NCBI RefSeq assembly: GCF_006345805.1 | Contig: NC_043011.1 | Location: 15,078,464-15,142,463, forward strand | Source: Octopus sinensis | Taxonomy: Eukaryota | Direction: 5' to 3' | Length of the DNA stretch: 64,000 nucleotides | Shown here: positions 26,030 through 38,804 of the stretch, piece after piece | How the letters are laid out: every line of letters begins with the position of its first letter | Numbering within the stretch: position 1 is the first letter of the stretch | Translations under genes and position numbers: made by a program | Notes under the pieces: model-generated | The model's database searches: none | Seen by the model: the letters and a program-made list of their open reading frames with translations, nothing else | Told to the model about the DNA's origin: nothing

Positions 26030-27655
26030 GCTTATGCTTTCAAAATTAGGCGTTCTGTATTTTTCGATAAATATATCTTCTCTATTTAAACGTTCTTGTA
26101 CAGAAATTGTTTCCTTACACTGGGAGATGGGAAAACCGTGAAATTTGGTTGGAGATTCCCTGCACATCTCTCTATGTGTTCACTCAAAGGTATTTGTCTA
26201 TATCTTGGGAAACGCCTCTGTTCTCAATGCAAAGTGGTTCTCCATCTAAGTGACATACTTGTCTCTTATATATAGTTGTGTTCATAACCTTAATAGTTTA
26301 TAACATAAATTAAATTCTCGGATGCAAAGTGAAGTTGGTCTTAATTGTGACCCTCGCCTTGTTTAAACCGGAATTCTGAAACTTTCTGTAGGTTGGGATA
26401 TGTTCCACACTTTGGATGTTCGCATTTTCTTAACTATTGGTTTCGTGGTTGTTGTGTGTAGCTTTGCGTTTGTCAGTGGTCTTTTCAGCGATTTGGATTG
26501 CTTTTTAGATTTGATGAATTTGTGTTTTTTAAGAATGTAGTTCTTCTTTGGATCCCTAGTGAATTGGTAGTTTTTGTGCAATGGCGTTGTATGCCTCATG
26601 GTTTCTAGGGTTATGAGTAGATATATAGAGTAGTATTTTGAGATGAGGTGTGAGATTTCGTTGTGTTTCCCTTAGTGTTTTAATGCCTATTTTCTTGGCA
26701 CGTTTAATTCCATCATCTATAAGTGAGGGTGGATAGTGTCTCTCGTCTAGTGTTGTTCTGAGGTCTTGAAGATGGAAGTTCCGAATATTTCCATCAGACA
26801 CTATTGTGCAAATCCTTTTAGCCAAATTAAAAGAAATATTTCTTTTGACTGTTTCGGGTGGCATGAACTAAACAGGAGGTATTGCTTCGAGATCGCTGTT
26901 TTATGATAAATGTCGTTTACAATTTGGTTGTTTAGTTTTATTATCAGAATATTTAAGAAAGGGAGTTGCTCTTTGCTATATTCCATTTTAAACTGAATTT
27001 TGAGGTTTATACTATTTAGTATTGATTTAAATTCCAAAAGTTTATCAACGGCATCTTTTCAAATAATAAAAACGTCATCCAGATATCTTTTCAAGTTCTC
27101 TCTTATATAATGGTGAAATGAGCATCCATATTATTGTAGTGACACTTTATAGATGGTGAATTCAAAATATCCCATTATTAGGTTCGCAAGATCAGGGGCT
27201 GCTTTCGTTTCCATCGCAATTCCACATTTTCGTCGGTAGTAGGTGTCATAAAATAAGAAATAATTGTTCTGAAGTATAAATTTTGAAGTTTCAATAATAA
27301 AAACCTGGTTTATACATTCTGGATGTTGTTCGGGATAATTTTTTAGACAGCATTTTATTGCATCTTTTCAATATTCATGAGATATTGGTGTAAAGATTAG
27401 TAACATCGAAGGAAACCATGAGTGTCTCTTCATTAGTTGTTTTTGGCAGGTCTAATGAAACTTTTGATGTATTTCAACAAGGGTTTCAGCAGGACGTATA
27501 GAAAGTTGCTTAGGCGGTGGGTTTCACACGCTGGGCCAGCTACAATGGGTCTTAACTTTAAATCTTCTGGGGCTGGGATATTTACGTATATGACTGGTGA
27601 TTGTTTGCAGGCTTCATTAGTTATCTGGTTCTTGAGTATTTTAGTTAGGCTGTAG
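26030..27655 (-). mobile_element. Penelope-like element (RT plus decayed GIY-YIG endonuclease), frameshifted
   Basis: LRPIVAGPA; GVAMETKAAPDLANL; RYLDDV at 27071-27088; IQFKMEYSKEQLPFLNILI...KQYLLFSSCHP; NISFNLAKRICTIVS; ENLIYV region. Confidence 0.88.
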
Positions 27656-27754
27656 AAAAGACTAAGTTACATTTAATGTTCGTCATATAATCTATTTCTT
27701 TTTCTTTTTGTTTCCCTATATCTTTATATAAATATATATATATATATATAATAT

Positions 27755-27813
<59 letters not shown>

Positions 27814-28893
27814 ACATACATACACACAGAAATGTAGATATATACACACATTCACACACATATATACGTAAACATATAGGCATTTCCATATACAAACACA
27901 TATACACATGCATGTACACACATACAGATAATATTGATTTCATCTGTTTGCCCGTCAAACTGTATATGAATCTATCAATATTGCTTAAAGCTACATATGC
28001 ATATATTGTTTTTGTGCGCGTGCGTGACCGTACGTATGTGTGTACTTGTGTATGTGTATATCTTGTCGTCTATGTATTGAGACTGCTCTACCACATAGTA
28101 CTGCTGTTGATATTGCGTCCCTATATGTTCTGATGCTTAGTGGTTCGATAAACTGAGTGGGAGAAATTAAGTAGCAACCACAGCAACAATAAGTGCAACA
28201 GCAACACTTCAGCAACAACTGATTGTATCAATGAGGAGAAGCTACTTGGTCGCTCAGCTTTCCCAGAAATTGTACCTTGCCGTCTTAAAACACAAGGCCG
28301 GTTACATTGGACAATTTAATCTGCTCGATTAGGACTAGAATTTATCTAAGTAACAACAACAACAACACCGGTACCAACGACAGCAGCAACATCAAAAACA
28401 CCAGTGACGAGTGAAAATATTAATTTGATTGTTATATTATGTGGCCTTCCATAACTGCACACAACATTTGTTTCCTTTTGAGACATAATTGAAGTAGGAC
28501 AACTTAGTAGATTTTTAGAAAATTATTGATTTGTCGATAACCCTTGTAGCGCAGGGGCCAGCAGTAAAATGTCTTCGTTCTTTTTAAACTGTATTAGCTG
28601 AAAGGAATATTTTAAGCTTTGTTTAATTATGGCCTTCCGCATCAGCTGTCTTCTCGCTTACTGTGAAAAAGACTGTCTCAAATATTACTCTGTTCAGGCC
28701 GAGGTCTAGACAGATGAACTTTCATTGAAGCATATATAAAAAAGACTGTTATTTGCTCGATATTGAACAATAGGCACAGCAATAACTGGCAAACAGGTCG
28801 CGTCGTTTCGTTTCATCAACCTACGATCGTTTTCTTGAAATGTCTCACACTTCAGCGACGGAGACGACAGGAGGCAGACAGTAAGCCAAGAGT

Positions 28894-28985
28894 GGAGGCA
28901 CATGGCCTAGTGGTTAGAGCAGCGGACTCGCGGTCAGGGATCGCGGGTTCGAATCTCAGACCGGACAATGTGTGTGTTTATGAGC
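28894..28985 (+). mobile_element. SINE family D, 5' part (split by the CR1 insertion)
   Basis: A box tggcctagtgg, B box ggttcgaatc; co-linear with intact copy 59569-59874; left TSD agtaagccaagagt at 28880-28893. Confidence 0.9.
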
Positions 28986-29972
28986 CCGGATATTGTACGA
29001 TGGGTTGGTGCCTTCCTCTCAGATCGCTCCTTCCAAGTTCAAGTTAATGGTTCGCGGTCCGACGTCTCCAGTGCGAGCAGTGGCGTGCCTCAAGGTTCAG
29101 TGCTTGGGCCCTTGTTGTTCTTAGTCTTCATAAATGACTTGCCCGACGACCTCACGCAACACACCCTTCTATTTGCCGACGATATCAAACTGGTCGCTCC
29201 TCGCGGTAGTATAGAGGATCTTCGTCGATGCCGCCACCAAATTTGGAAGTGGTCTAACGATTGGGACCTGTGTCTGAACGTGTCAAAGTGCTGTCATCTG
29301 CCTGTCGGCTCTACTCCTGCAACTCAACTTGATTTCGAGCCGGGTCGTCTGCTGCTGGAGAGGACCGATCAGGTAAAGGACCTGGGTATCTTGGTGGATT
29401 CCTCCTTTTCGCCTTCGGCCCAGTGCGTCCATGCTGCCAACAAAGCGCGCGGAATTCTGTTTTTGATTCGACGGTCATTCGGAATGCTCACAGCAGCCAT
29501 ATTCCTACCACTCTATGTCACGCTGGTGAGACCCATATTGGAGTATGGGATTCAAGCCTCTTCTCCTTATCTCCTCAAAGACATACAGCATCTCGAAAGA
29601 GTTCAGAGGCTGGCTACCCGCATGGTTCATGGTCTCAAAAATTTGTCCTACGAAGAAAGGCTGAGGACGCTCGACCTTTATTCTCTTGAAAAACGCCGCC
29701 GCCGTGGTGATCTCATTCTCGCCCACAACATCATAAGCGGGAAGTGTAACCTCTCGAAAGAGCTGTTCTTCACTCCTGCTCCGGAGCGTCGGCTGCGGGG
29801 TCATTCCGAAAAGCTCTACCTGCGACGATTTCATCTCAATCGAAGGAGAGGAGCTTTCTCCGTCCGGGTTGCGGATCCGTGGAACAAGCTGCCAGACGAG
29901 ATGGTGAAGATGCCGACGACCGCTTTGTTCAAAGCCTCCCTGGACCTCAAGTGGCCTGAACTCTTTACATGA
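28986..29972 (+). CDS. ORF2 fragment of the CR1-group LINE (RT domains 3-7 and C-terminus); 5'-truncated, not a host gene
   Basis: SGVPQGSVLGPLLFLVFINDL...LFADDIKL...KDLGILVD...YVTLVRPILEY...RRRRGDLI...FSVRVADPWNKLP; no stop or frameshift; the track's start at 28968 lies in SINE sequence. Confidence 0.9.
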   Translation, partial: PDIVRWVGAFLSDRSFQVQVNGSRSDVSSASSGVPQGSVLGPLLFLVFINDLPDDLTQHTLLFADDIKLVAPRGSIEDLRRCRHQIWKWSNDWDLCLNVSKCCHLPVGSTPATQLDFEPGRLLLERTDQVKDLGILVDSSFSPSAQCVHAANKARGILFLIRRSFGMLTAAIFLPLYVTLVRPILEYGIQASSPYLLKDIQHLERVQRLATRMVHGLKNLSYEERLRTLDLYSLEKRRRRGDLILAHNIISGKCNLSKELFFTPAPERRLRGHSEKLYLRRFHLNRRRGAFSVRVADPWNKLPDEMVKMPTTALFKASLDLKWPELFT

Positions 29973-30056
29973 ACACCACCCTGTACTTAACTCTATGTCC
30001 CCCTACATGGCCTTGCTATTTGCTTTAGAGCCAAATTAACTAACTAACTAACTAAC
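28986..30056 (+). mobile_element. CR1-group LINE, 5'-truncated, young
   Basis: Open RT frame, 84-nt 3' UTR, (TAAC)5 tail; boundaries defined by comparison with the uninterrupted SINE. Confidence 0.92.
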
Positions 30057-30270
30057 GAAACACCTAAGCTTCACGCGGCTCCGGCAGAAGGTAATGGCGA
30101 AACTTCTGCTGACTCTTTCGCCACAACTTTCTCTCACTCTTTCCTCCTGCATCTTGCAGCTCACCTGCAAGGGACCGGCGTTCCGTCCAGGTGGGGAACC
30201 TATTTGCCAAGGAAACCGGGAAGCCGGCCCTTATAAGCCAGGCATGGCTCGAAAAGGAACAAACAACAAT
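30057..30270 (+). mobile_element. SINE family D, 3' part (body D, tail T2)
   Basis: Resumes at gaaacacctaag; right TSD agtaaaccaagagt at 30276-30289. Confidence 0.9.
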
Positions 30271-30339
30271 ATAAAAGTAAACCAAGAGTAGCAACTCATT
30301 ATATACACAATTTAAGGCAGCAGAATCATTACTGCGTCT

Positions 30340-30525
30340 GACAAAACATTCAGCAGCATTTTCGTCGGCTTTATGTCCTGAGTTCAAGTGCTGCCGAGGT
30401 CGAATTTGCTTTTCATTACTTCGGGATCACCAAAATAACCACCAGTTGAACATTAGGATCGATGTAGCTAACTTCATACTCCTCCAAAAGTAGCTGGTCT
30501 TGTGCCCAAAATTAAAATAGAGAGA
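30340..30525 (+). mobile_element. Decayed SINE family A2
   Basis: cctgagttcaagtgctgccgaggtcgaatttgcttttcat...gctggtcttgtgcccaaa. Confidence 0.65.
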
Positions 30526-30585
30526 TTTTGTGGTTAGCTTCAGTTTACTCCGAATCAAGTACACCTGTGATCGGAGATACTCGAG

Positions 30586-31627
30586 CCGTATATAAGACAA
30601 GAGCCAGTGCTATTCAATCCATATTTAAGACAATCCGTATTTAAGACAAGCGGCTGTGCTACTCAATCCATATTTAAGACAATCCGTATTTAAGACAAGC
30701 GGTTGTGCTATTCAATCCATATTCAAGACAATCCGTATTTAAGACAAGCGGCTGTGCTATTCAATCCATATTTGAGACAATCCGTATTTAAGACAAGAGG
30801 CTGTGCTATTCAATCCATATTTAAGACGATCCGTATTTAAGACAAGCGGCTCTGCTATTCAATCCATATTTAAGACAATCCGTATTTAAGACAAGAGGCT
30901 GTGCTATTCAATCCATAATTAAGACAATCCATATTTAAGACAAGAGGCAGTGCTATTCAATCTATATTTAAGACAATCCGTATTTAAGACAAGCGGCTGT
31001 GCTATTCAATCGATATTTAAGACAAGACGCAGTGCTATTCAATCCATATTTAAGACAATCCGTATTTAAGACAAGAGGCTGTGCTATTCAATCCATATTT
31101 AAGACAATCCGTATTTAAGACAAGAGGCTGTGCTATTCAATCCATATTTAAGAAATCCGTATTTAAGACAAGAGGCTGTGCTATTTAATCCATATTTAAG
31201 ACAATCCGTATTTAAGACAAGAGGCTGTGCTATTCAATCCATATTTAAGACAATCCGTATTTAAGACAAGAGGCTGTGGTATTCAATCCATATTTAAGAC
31301 AATCCGTATTTAAGACAAGAGGCTGTGCTATTCAATCTATATTTAAGACAATCCGTATTTAAGACAAGAGGCAGTGCTATTCAATCCATATTTAAGAAAT
31401 CCGTATTTAAGAAAAAGACGCAGTGCTATTCAATCCATATTTAAGACAATCTGTATTTTAGACAAGCGGCTGTGCTATTCAATCCATATTTAAGAAATCC
31501 GTATTTAAGACAAGAGGCAGTGCTATTCAATCCATATTTAAGACAATCCGTATTTAAGACAAGAGGCAGTGCTATTCAATCCATATTTAAGACAATCCGT
31601 ATTTAAGGCAAGAGGCTGTGCTATTCA
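30586..31627. repeat. Minisatellite, ~21 copies of a 49-bp unit
   Basis: Consensus gctgtgctattcaatccatatttaagacaatccgtatttaagacaagag; 22 occurrences of the gtgcta anchor from 30607 to 31618. Confidence 0.97.
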
Positions 31628-32727
31628 GGAGATTTGAATGCATTTTCTACCAAACTTCTTTCTTTTGGTTCGTTATATATTTTTAGGGATGCATTGTAGT
31701 GATGCAAAGGAAGGACAATCGGAAGTTTAGACCTTCAAACCTAACACAAACTTTAAATTTTTTCTTGTTTATATTTTGAGTTAATATTCAGCTGGGCATA
31801 TCGTCTGGGTTTTTTGTTCATGATTTCCTAGTAAATACATTTTTGATAACCATCATTTTGTTCCTTTTCGGGATGTATGATTGTTTTTGTGACTGTTATC
31901 GTTTAGCCTCACTTGAGCAGTGACCGAACAGACCCATTAATTAAGATATTCAGACCACGATCATCCTGCCTTTATCCCCTGCAGAATGCACCTACAGCTA
32001 CATTATCTCTCACGTACTCCTTTTTTAAGTGAGTGCAGTGTGATTTGAAGCAAATGTGGCAGATATTTCTAAGAGATCGAGCGACATCATAGAAATTCAC
32101 TTTTGCTCGATACACCGTCGCATCTGCAGGCGGATCCCCGAAAGCTGTGAAAACTACATTTCTTATTTGTAATTAATATTTAAGTATGGCAACTTGAAAA
32201 GAGGTCAGTCTAATAAGAAATACTTGATTGGAATATGAAAGTGGCTGGCTTGAGAACAAGTTGATAGAATATCGACCTATATAGAATAGATTTGATGGTT
32301 CATACATTCTGTTCCCTCTCTACGCTCTGTACGTAGCAATCGCTTAATTTTCACTGATGCGGAAAATCTGGCTGTAAATAATAGCATGGACATGAGAAAG
32401 TATGGACTGTAGGGAATTAATTAACGACTGATTCATTTACAATTTGCGTTTTAAGCTAGAAACCTTGTTGGGATCGAAGAAGAGCAGAGGAAATTATTCC
32501 TGAATTCACCTCTGACCGTAGTCCTCTATTATCGACATCGGCTTTATTATTAAGATAGAAGCTCTCTCTCTCTCTCTCTGTCTCTCTCTGTCTTTCAGAT
32601 TACCTAATTATCTAATACATATGTTAGCTGACTCACGACATTCGATCTCATATTGAATTTATTCAATTCACACGGATATCTGTCAACGGCTCGATATATT
32701 TCTCGACAGCAAGGAATTAATTTTATC

Positions 32728-33300
32728 CCACCACCACCACCGCCATCGACACCGCCACCACCACCACCACCACTACCACCACCACCGTCGCCACCGACGC
32801 GGCTGCCGCCACCGACGCCACCGCCACCGACGCCACCGCCACCGACGCCACCGCCACCGCCACTACAGCCACCACCAGCACCAGCACCAGCACCAGTACC
32901 ACCACCAACGCCACCACCATCACCACAACCACCAACGCCACAACAACCATCAACGCCGCCACCACCACCACCACCACCACAACCACAACCATAAACACCA
33001 TCACCACCACCACAACCACCGCCACCACCACCACCACAACCACCAACACCACCACGACAATCACCACCACAACCATAAACACCATCACCACCACCCCAAC
33101 AACCACCACCAACAACAACCCAACCCACATCATTTCTATCATCGACACATCTACATACAATACCAGTAACATTATCAGCACTGCATCAATGTTGCAAACT
33201 AACGCCACCTGTAACTACCATCGCCTCTGCCACTGCAGCAATAACCAACAACAACACCAGCAACAACACCAACCCACCATCTACCCTCACCACAACCAAC
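32728..33300. repeat. Degenerate (CCA/CCG/CAA)n trinucleotide region
   Basis: Gives the poly-Pro, poly-Gly and poly-Val ORFs in several frames. Confidence 0.85.
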
Positions 33301-34846
33301 TCTCAGATCGAACCCGTCCAACTGAGAAACGGACGACGCGTTGAACAATGTAATCCTGAGTTAGCAGCGCATGGGAAAGAGAAGATGGTCACGGTTAGAT
33401 TGCTAATCTGAGTCTAAACAACAATAGAACCAAGAACAATATTTTCACCACGACTATTATTACACTACGATTCTCTCATCCGTAGCCATAACTTCCACCA
33501 TCAGCCTCAGTAGGCACGGTTAGCTCCATCAGTATCTACACTCCCCCACGACTACGACCATCGCCACCACGGACACCAAGGCCACCAACATCACCTACTC
33601 CATCAACACCAAAGCCACTGCAGTCACCAAGACTACTAGCAGTTAACTCTACCAACAACCCCATCTGCAATTACGAATCCACTCCTCCGTCACAAACAAA
33701 TCTATAACCACCCTACTACTCGCACCGACTCTCCACCACCATAACCACCATTATTACTGCAACCACTACTGCCACTCCAAACTACCTCCCCAGCCATCAC
33801 TCCTACTCACCCTCACCCTTGTACCATTGTAATATGTAGGAAGCTCATGTAATATATGTTTGTCAGAAATCAATACGAAGGAAGATCCTCTGACATTACA
33901 TCTGGGTTCGGATTAGTTATTACCTGCTGGATTAATTATCTCCATAAAGCGTCATTTGTTAGTGACGTGTTCGAATCAACAAATGCCCTCAGGGTCACGG
34001 AATAATTTGGTACACGGTCCTATTCTAGGTGCTGAATTTGACTAAAATCTCAAGTAATGAATTATATTTAATTAACTTTACCGATCTTAGTTACTATTTA
34101 ATTATCTCTGTCTCCACAATCTGTTTTCTTTTCTGTTTCTATAATTTGCCCTTTCTCTTATTTTCCCTTGTTTTTCATAAACCTGCACGTATACATGTGC
34201 TTGAAATTATATGCTTGCATTGACACTCATACATGCAGATACATTCGGACACATATATGTGTATAAATTTATACACATAAAAGCGCATAAATCTACGCAG
34301 ACGCATGCACAGATATTCACTCATCTTGTGCATAAATTTACACATATGTATAAAATCAAATGCACTCATATGCATACATTATAGCACACACATTCGCCTG
34401 CAAGCAGAAATATATAAACCTGCACACTCACATACACACACACGCATACACACACGCATATATATGAAATCAAATACAAACATTTCTGTAAATTTACACG
34501 GCTAGATGCAGGCAATCTATATATACAATTGCATACATTCACATATGAACATGTGTAGAAATTTATGCACATAAAGGTTCATAAACTCATAGTTATGGAT
34601 ACAGGTAGACATACACAGGCAGAAAATTAAACACATAACTGTACATAAAATGCTGACGTGCAATTTCAGCAACAGACGCGGGTATGCACACGTAGGGATA
34701 TAATAATAAATCGACAAGACATTCGCCATTTTAAACTTTCGAAAACCTCCTTACGGTTTGGCGCTTCTGAAAATCTCGCCGTTATGTGAAGTCTTGTGAC
34801 GGAAAGCTATTTTCGTACTGACTTCAATGTTATCCAGAAATAAATA

Positions 34847-35218
34847 TGGAAGCACTCCGTCGGTTACGACGATAAGGGTTCCGGTTGATCCGAATCAACG
34901 GAACAGCCTGCTCGTGAAATTAACGTGTAAGTGGCTGAGCACTCCACAGACACGTGTACCCTTAACGTAGTTCTCGGGGATATTCAGCGTGACATAGAGA
35001 GTGACAAGGCCGGCCCCTTGAAATACAGGTACAACAGAAACAGGAAGTAAGAGTGAGAGAAAGTTGTGGTGAAAGAGTACAGCAGGGATCACCACCATCC
35101 CCTGCCGGAGCCTCGTGAAGCTTCTAGGTGTTTTCGCTCAATAAACACTCACAACGCCCGGTCTGGGAATCGAAACCGTGAGTCTGCTGCCCTAACCACT
35201 GGGCCATTGCGCCTCCAC
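34847..35218 (-). mobile_element. tRNA-derived SINE (body D, tail T1)
   Basis: Head gtggaggcgcaatggcccagtggttaggg; body shared with 30057-30150; tail shared with 11880-12060. Confidence 0.85.
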
Positions 35219-35450
35219 AGAAATAAATTATGAAGGAAATGAAAGATGTAATACATTTCGCGTTACAGAACTCCGTGTTAGTAAGATATTTTAAAGAATA
35301 CATTGGTTTCCTAACACTGGTAATGCCTGTATAGGAACTCGTTTCTTTGAGTGAAGTTAAAAACAGTTTGATGTCCATGATTTCTCCAAGGGAACATTGG
35401 TCAAAGTGAAACTCGTTCCTATCATGATTTCAAATCGCTTCGTGTCTCAC

Positions 35451-35499
35451 CTCGTTGAGAAATTTCTGGCACTCCCGTATACTTATTAGTATTGATTTC
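35451..35499 (-). CDS. Candidate exon (49 nt); two frames open (EINTNKYTGVPEISQR or KSILISIRECQKFLNE)
   Basis: cttaac branch-like motif, acceptor tttgtgcttag|G, donor GAG|gtgaga. Confidence 0.25.
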
Positions 35500-35779
35500 C
35501 TAAGCACAAAGTTAAGCTTTGTTCAAAAATAGTTAGACGCACTGAACCTGTTTATCTTACTGATTCCTTTTTTTCTACCTACTCCTCCACGATGAAACAA
35601 AGTTACCTAACCGACAATATAAACAACAGAGTATACACGGACATAAATAATTACTTCAGTTTTAGTCTTTCCCTTCAACAGAATCATACTAGGTCTTGCG
35701 CTCAGCATTGCTTTTATAATGCAGCACTTGTTCACCATACAATAAGTCCTATGCTATTCATTGGTCATCGAAAGGCAAC

Positions 35780-36002
35780 GTGCTAGCAGAATCGTTAGCA
35801 TGCCGGGCGAAATGCTTAGCCGCATTTCGTCTGCCGTTACGTTCTGAGTTCAAATTCCGCCGAGGTTGACTTTGCTTTTCATCCTTTCGGGGTCGATTAA
35901 ATAAGTACCAGTTACGCACTGGGGTCGATGTAATCGACTTAATCCGTTTGTCTGTCCTCGTTTGTCCTTTCTATGTTTAGCCCCTTGTGGGCAATAAAGA
36001 AA
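35780..36002 (+). mobile_element. SINE family A1, followed by an older A-family remnant (36003-36200)
   Basis: Head, body and tail ...gccccttgtgggcaataaagaaat. Confidence 0.88.
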
Positions 36003-36516
36003 TGAGAATCGTTAAGCAGGTCGGATAAATGGGTAGCATATTTCGCCCCTTTTTCCATTCTCAGTTCAAATTCTTCCGAAGTCGACTTTGCTTTTACTCT
36101 TTTCGGCTTCGATAAAGTAAACACCAGCTGAGCACTAGAGTCGGTGTAACTGACTTAGCCCTCCACCAAAATTCTAAGCCTTCTTCCTATAGCAGAAAGG
36201 AATATTTACTGAATGGGTATGTCTTTGAACACACCCATTTTGGGTTGATTGAGAACACACTCTCAGAAATTCACCTTACAGTGTACCGTTTACCAAACTT
36301 ATTTGAAATACTATACTGATGGAGTGTTTTATGAGTTTTGTCTTCCGTCGCTTTCTCCATTCACTGATTCCAATACGGAAACGTGATATCAATTTATCAT
36401 ATTCGCCTGATCCCTCATTTTGCAATATGTAACACAGTTGAGTAAATTTACTTATGTATTTATTTAAGCGATTAAAATGAAAGATGATCGCGACTGAATT
36501 CGTTCTCCGAACGTAG

Positions 36517-36588
36517 AAAAATCCTAATGTTGCAAAGGATTTAGTGAGAGGTAAAAATCCTAATGTTGCAAAGGATTTAGTGAGAGGT
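36517..36588. repeat. Perfect 36-bp tandem duplication
   Basis: aaaaatcctaatgttgcaaaggatttagtgagaggt x2. Confidence 0.95.
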
Positions 36589-36639
36589 TCAGCTGTTTTT
36601 CTCAACTCGGTATTGTTTAAAACTTAATGAAATATTGAT

Positions 36640-37045
36640 TTCAATTTTGGCACAAGGCCAGCAGTTTCATGGGAGTGGGTAAGTAATCAACACCAGCACT
36701 CAACTGGTACTTATTTTATCGATCCGGTAAAGATGAAAGGCAAGGACACCCTCGGCGGAATTTGAACTTAACACGTAGCAAAAGACGGAATGCAGCTAAA
36801 GATTTTGCCCGGTGAGCTAAGGATTCTGCCAGCTCGCCGCCCTTTTCACATTTAAGCACAAGGCCACCAATTATAGGGGAGGGGATGAGTCGATTACATC
36901 GTCACCGGTGTAAACTGGTACTTCTTTTATCTACCCCGAAAGGATGAAAAGCAAAGTCGACTTTGGTGGAATTTGAACTCAGAACGTAAAGTCGAATGAA
37001 ATACCACTAAGCATTTGCCTGGCGTGCTAACAATTCTGCCAGCTT
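36640..37045 (-). mobile_element. Two adjacent SINE A2 copies (about 36640-36845 and 36855-37045)
   Basis: Each has ggcacaaggcc tail, aactggtact...aaaggatgaaa.gcaaagtcgac body and gctaa..attctgccagc head. Confidence 0.75.
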
Positions 37046-37542
37046 TTGACCTTAAAATCTAATGAAATATTGTTTACTTTCTGAATATACACAAATACTC
37101 TACGTTTCAGGCAGAGAGAAAGGGAGAGAGAGAGGGGAAAAATAGAGAAAGAAGGAGAAAGAGAGAAAGAGAGAGAGAGAGAAAAAGAGAGAGAGAGGGA
37201 GATGGCAGATTGATAGAGGAAGAGAGAGAGAGAGGGAGAGAGAGGAGGAGAGGCCTATTGCTTTCCTAAAGTCATTAGTAAAGTGAAGTAGCTTCAACTG
37301 GGGATTGCAGACGTGTCACTGTGTCACACACTCTACTTACTGGGAGATTGACTTTTGTTCTTCCCAATGCTTATTGCGGAAGGAAGAAACTGAAAATGCT
37401 TTTCACAGGAAGTAAAAATGAAAGGTAAAAAAATTCTGAGAAAAAGCAGACAAATATGAAACAAAAGCATAACGAGAGAAATGAATTAATGTGAAGAGAG
37501 ACAAGAGAAACGAGGTGAAGTGAGGTGGAATACAGAGAATTT

Positions 37543-37603
<61 letters not shown>

Positions 37604-38426
37604 TAAAGTGGAAAGAAGTTAATTGAAAAAAGTGATAAAAAGTGACGCGAAGCGGGGAGGAAATTGAATGGGGGAATAAGGAAAAAAAAGGTGTAGTGGA
37701 GTGAAGATGAATAGGAGAAGAAAGAAAAAAAAAACGGTAGAGTGGAGTGATGTTATCAAATCAATGTAAATAATAAACTAGAGTGAAAGTGTGAAAGTAG
37801 TTCACTTAATCCTTGGGCCAGTTTAACACCACCAACTGTAGCCTTGAGCCAAACGCCTATTCTGTTGTAAGCTTTTGCACTGGGCCACCGACTTTAGCTT
37901 TTTTAAAAAAGTTCAGTCAAGGTCCAACAACAGACAAAGCTGTTGTCCTTCGTCTCTGACCAAAGCCATCGATGGTGTCCTTTCTCTTCTGACAAAGGTC
38001 ACGCAAGATAAAAAACATGAGATATAAGCTCGATAAATGATAAGAATGACAATAAGGAGTGGGGGTGTATCGACGACTGAATCAACACCAGCATTTGGCT
38101 GCTAAGTTTTTTTTTTATCGACTAATGAGGGATAAAAGTTTGACCTTACCTTCAGCTTTAATCCACTCCACTCTGCAAATCAGAAGCATAAATTATTTCA
38201 AATTTTGGCACAAGGCCAGCAATTTTAAGTAGTGTCGGTTGGGTAATATCAGCGACCTCAGTACGTGAATGGTATTTTATTTTATCGATCCCGAATCAGT
38301 GGAAACAGTGGAAAATTGACCGTTGTGGGATTCAAGTGCAGAACGTAGTGTCGGTAGAAATACTTCAAAGCTTTCCGCCAACGCTCCAACGATTCTTTCA
38401 GTTTGCCACTATGATAATAATAATAA

Positions 38427-38469
<43 letters not shown>

Positions 38470-38473
38470 TTTA

Positions 38474-38699
38474 GGGCGGCGAGCTGGCAGAATTTTTAGC
38501 ACGCCGGGCGAAATGCGTAGCCGTATTTCGTCTGCCGTTACGTTCTGAGTTCGAATTCCGCCGATGTCGACTTTGCCTTTCATCCTTTCGGGGTCGATAA
38601 ATTAAGTTCTAGTTACGCACTGGGGTCGATGTAATCGACTTAATCCGCTTGTCTATCCTTGTTTGTCTCTTCTGCGTTTAGCTCCTTGTGGGTAGTAAA

Positions 38700-38700
<1 letters not shown>
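38474..38700 (+). mobile_element. SINE family A1 between (AAT)n tracts
   Basis: gggcggcgagctggcagaatttttagcacgccgggcg...gctccttgtgggtagtaaat. Confidence 0.9.
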
Positions 38701-38730
<30 letters not shown>

Positions 38731-38804
38731 TAATAATAAATAATAATAATAATGATAATAATAATAATAATAATAATATAATAATCATAATAACAACAAT
38801 AATC

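Noticed and set aside
28894-28965. tRNA genes at SINE heads (also 3130-3197, 35160-35218, 59810-59874)
   Set aside because: A/B boxes are present but run into SINE bodies; there is no complete cloverleaf or acceptor stem.
30586-31627. CRISPR array, or an RT-plus-array system with the nearby reverse transcriptase
   Set aside because: Units are contiguous with no unique spacers and there are no cas genes. The RT is a 5'-truncated LINE nested in a SINE whose TSD closes at 30289, so the adjacency looks coincidental.
32604-33208. Proline-rich (formin/extensin-like) or Gly/Val-rich protein
   Set aside because: Degenerate CCA repeat open in several frames on both strands; no flanking domain or convincing splice context.
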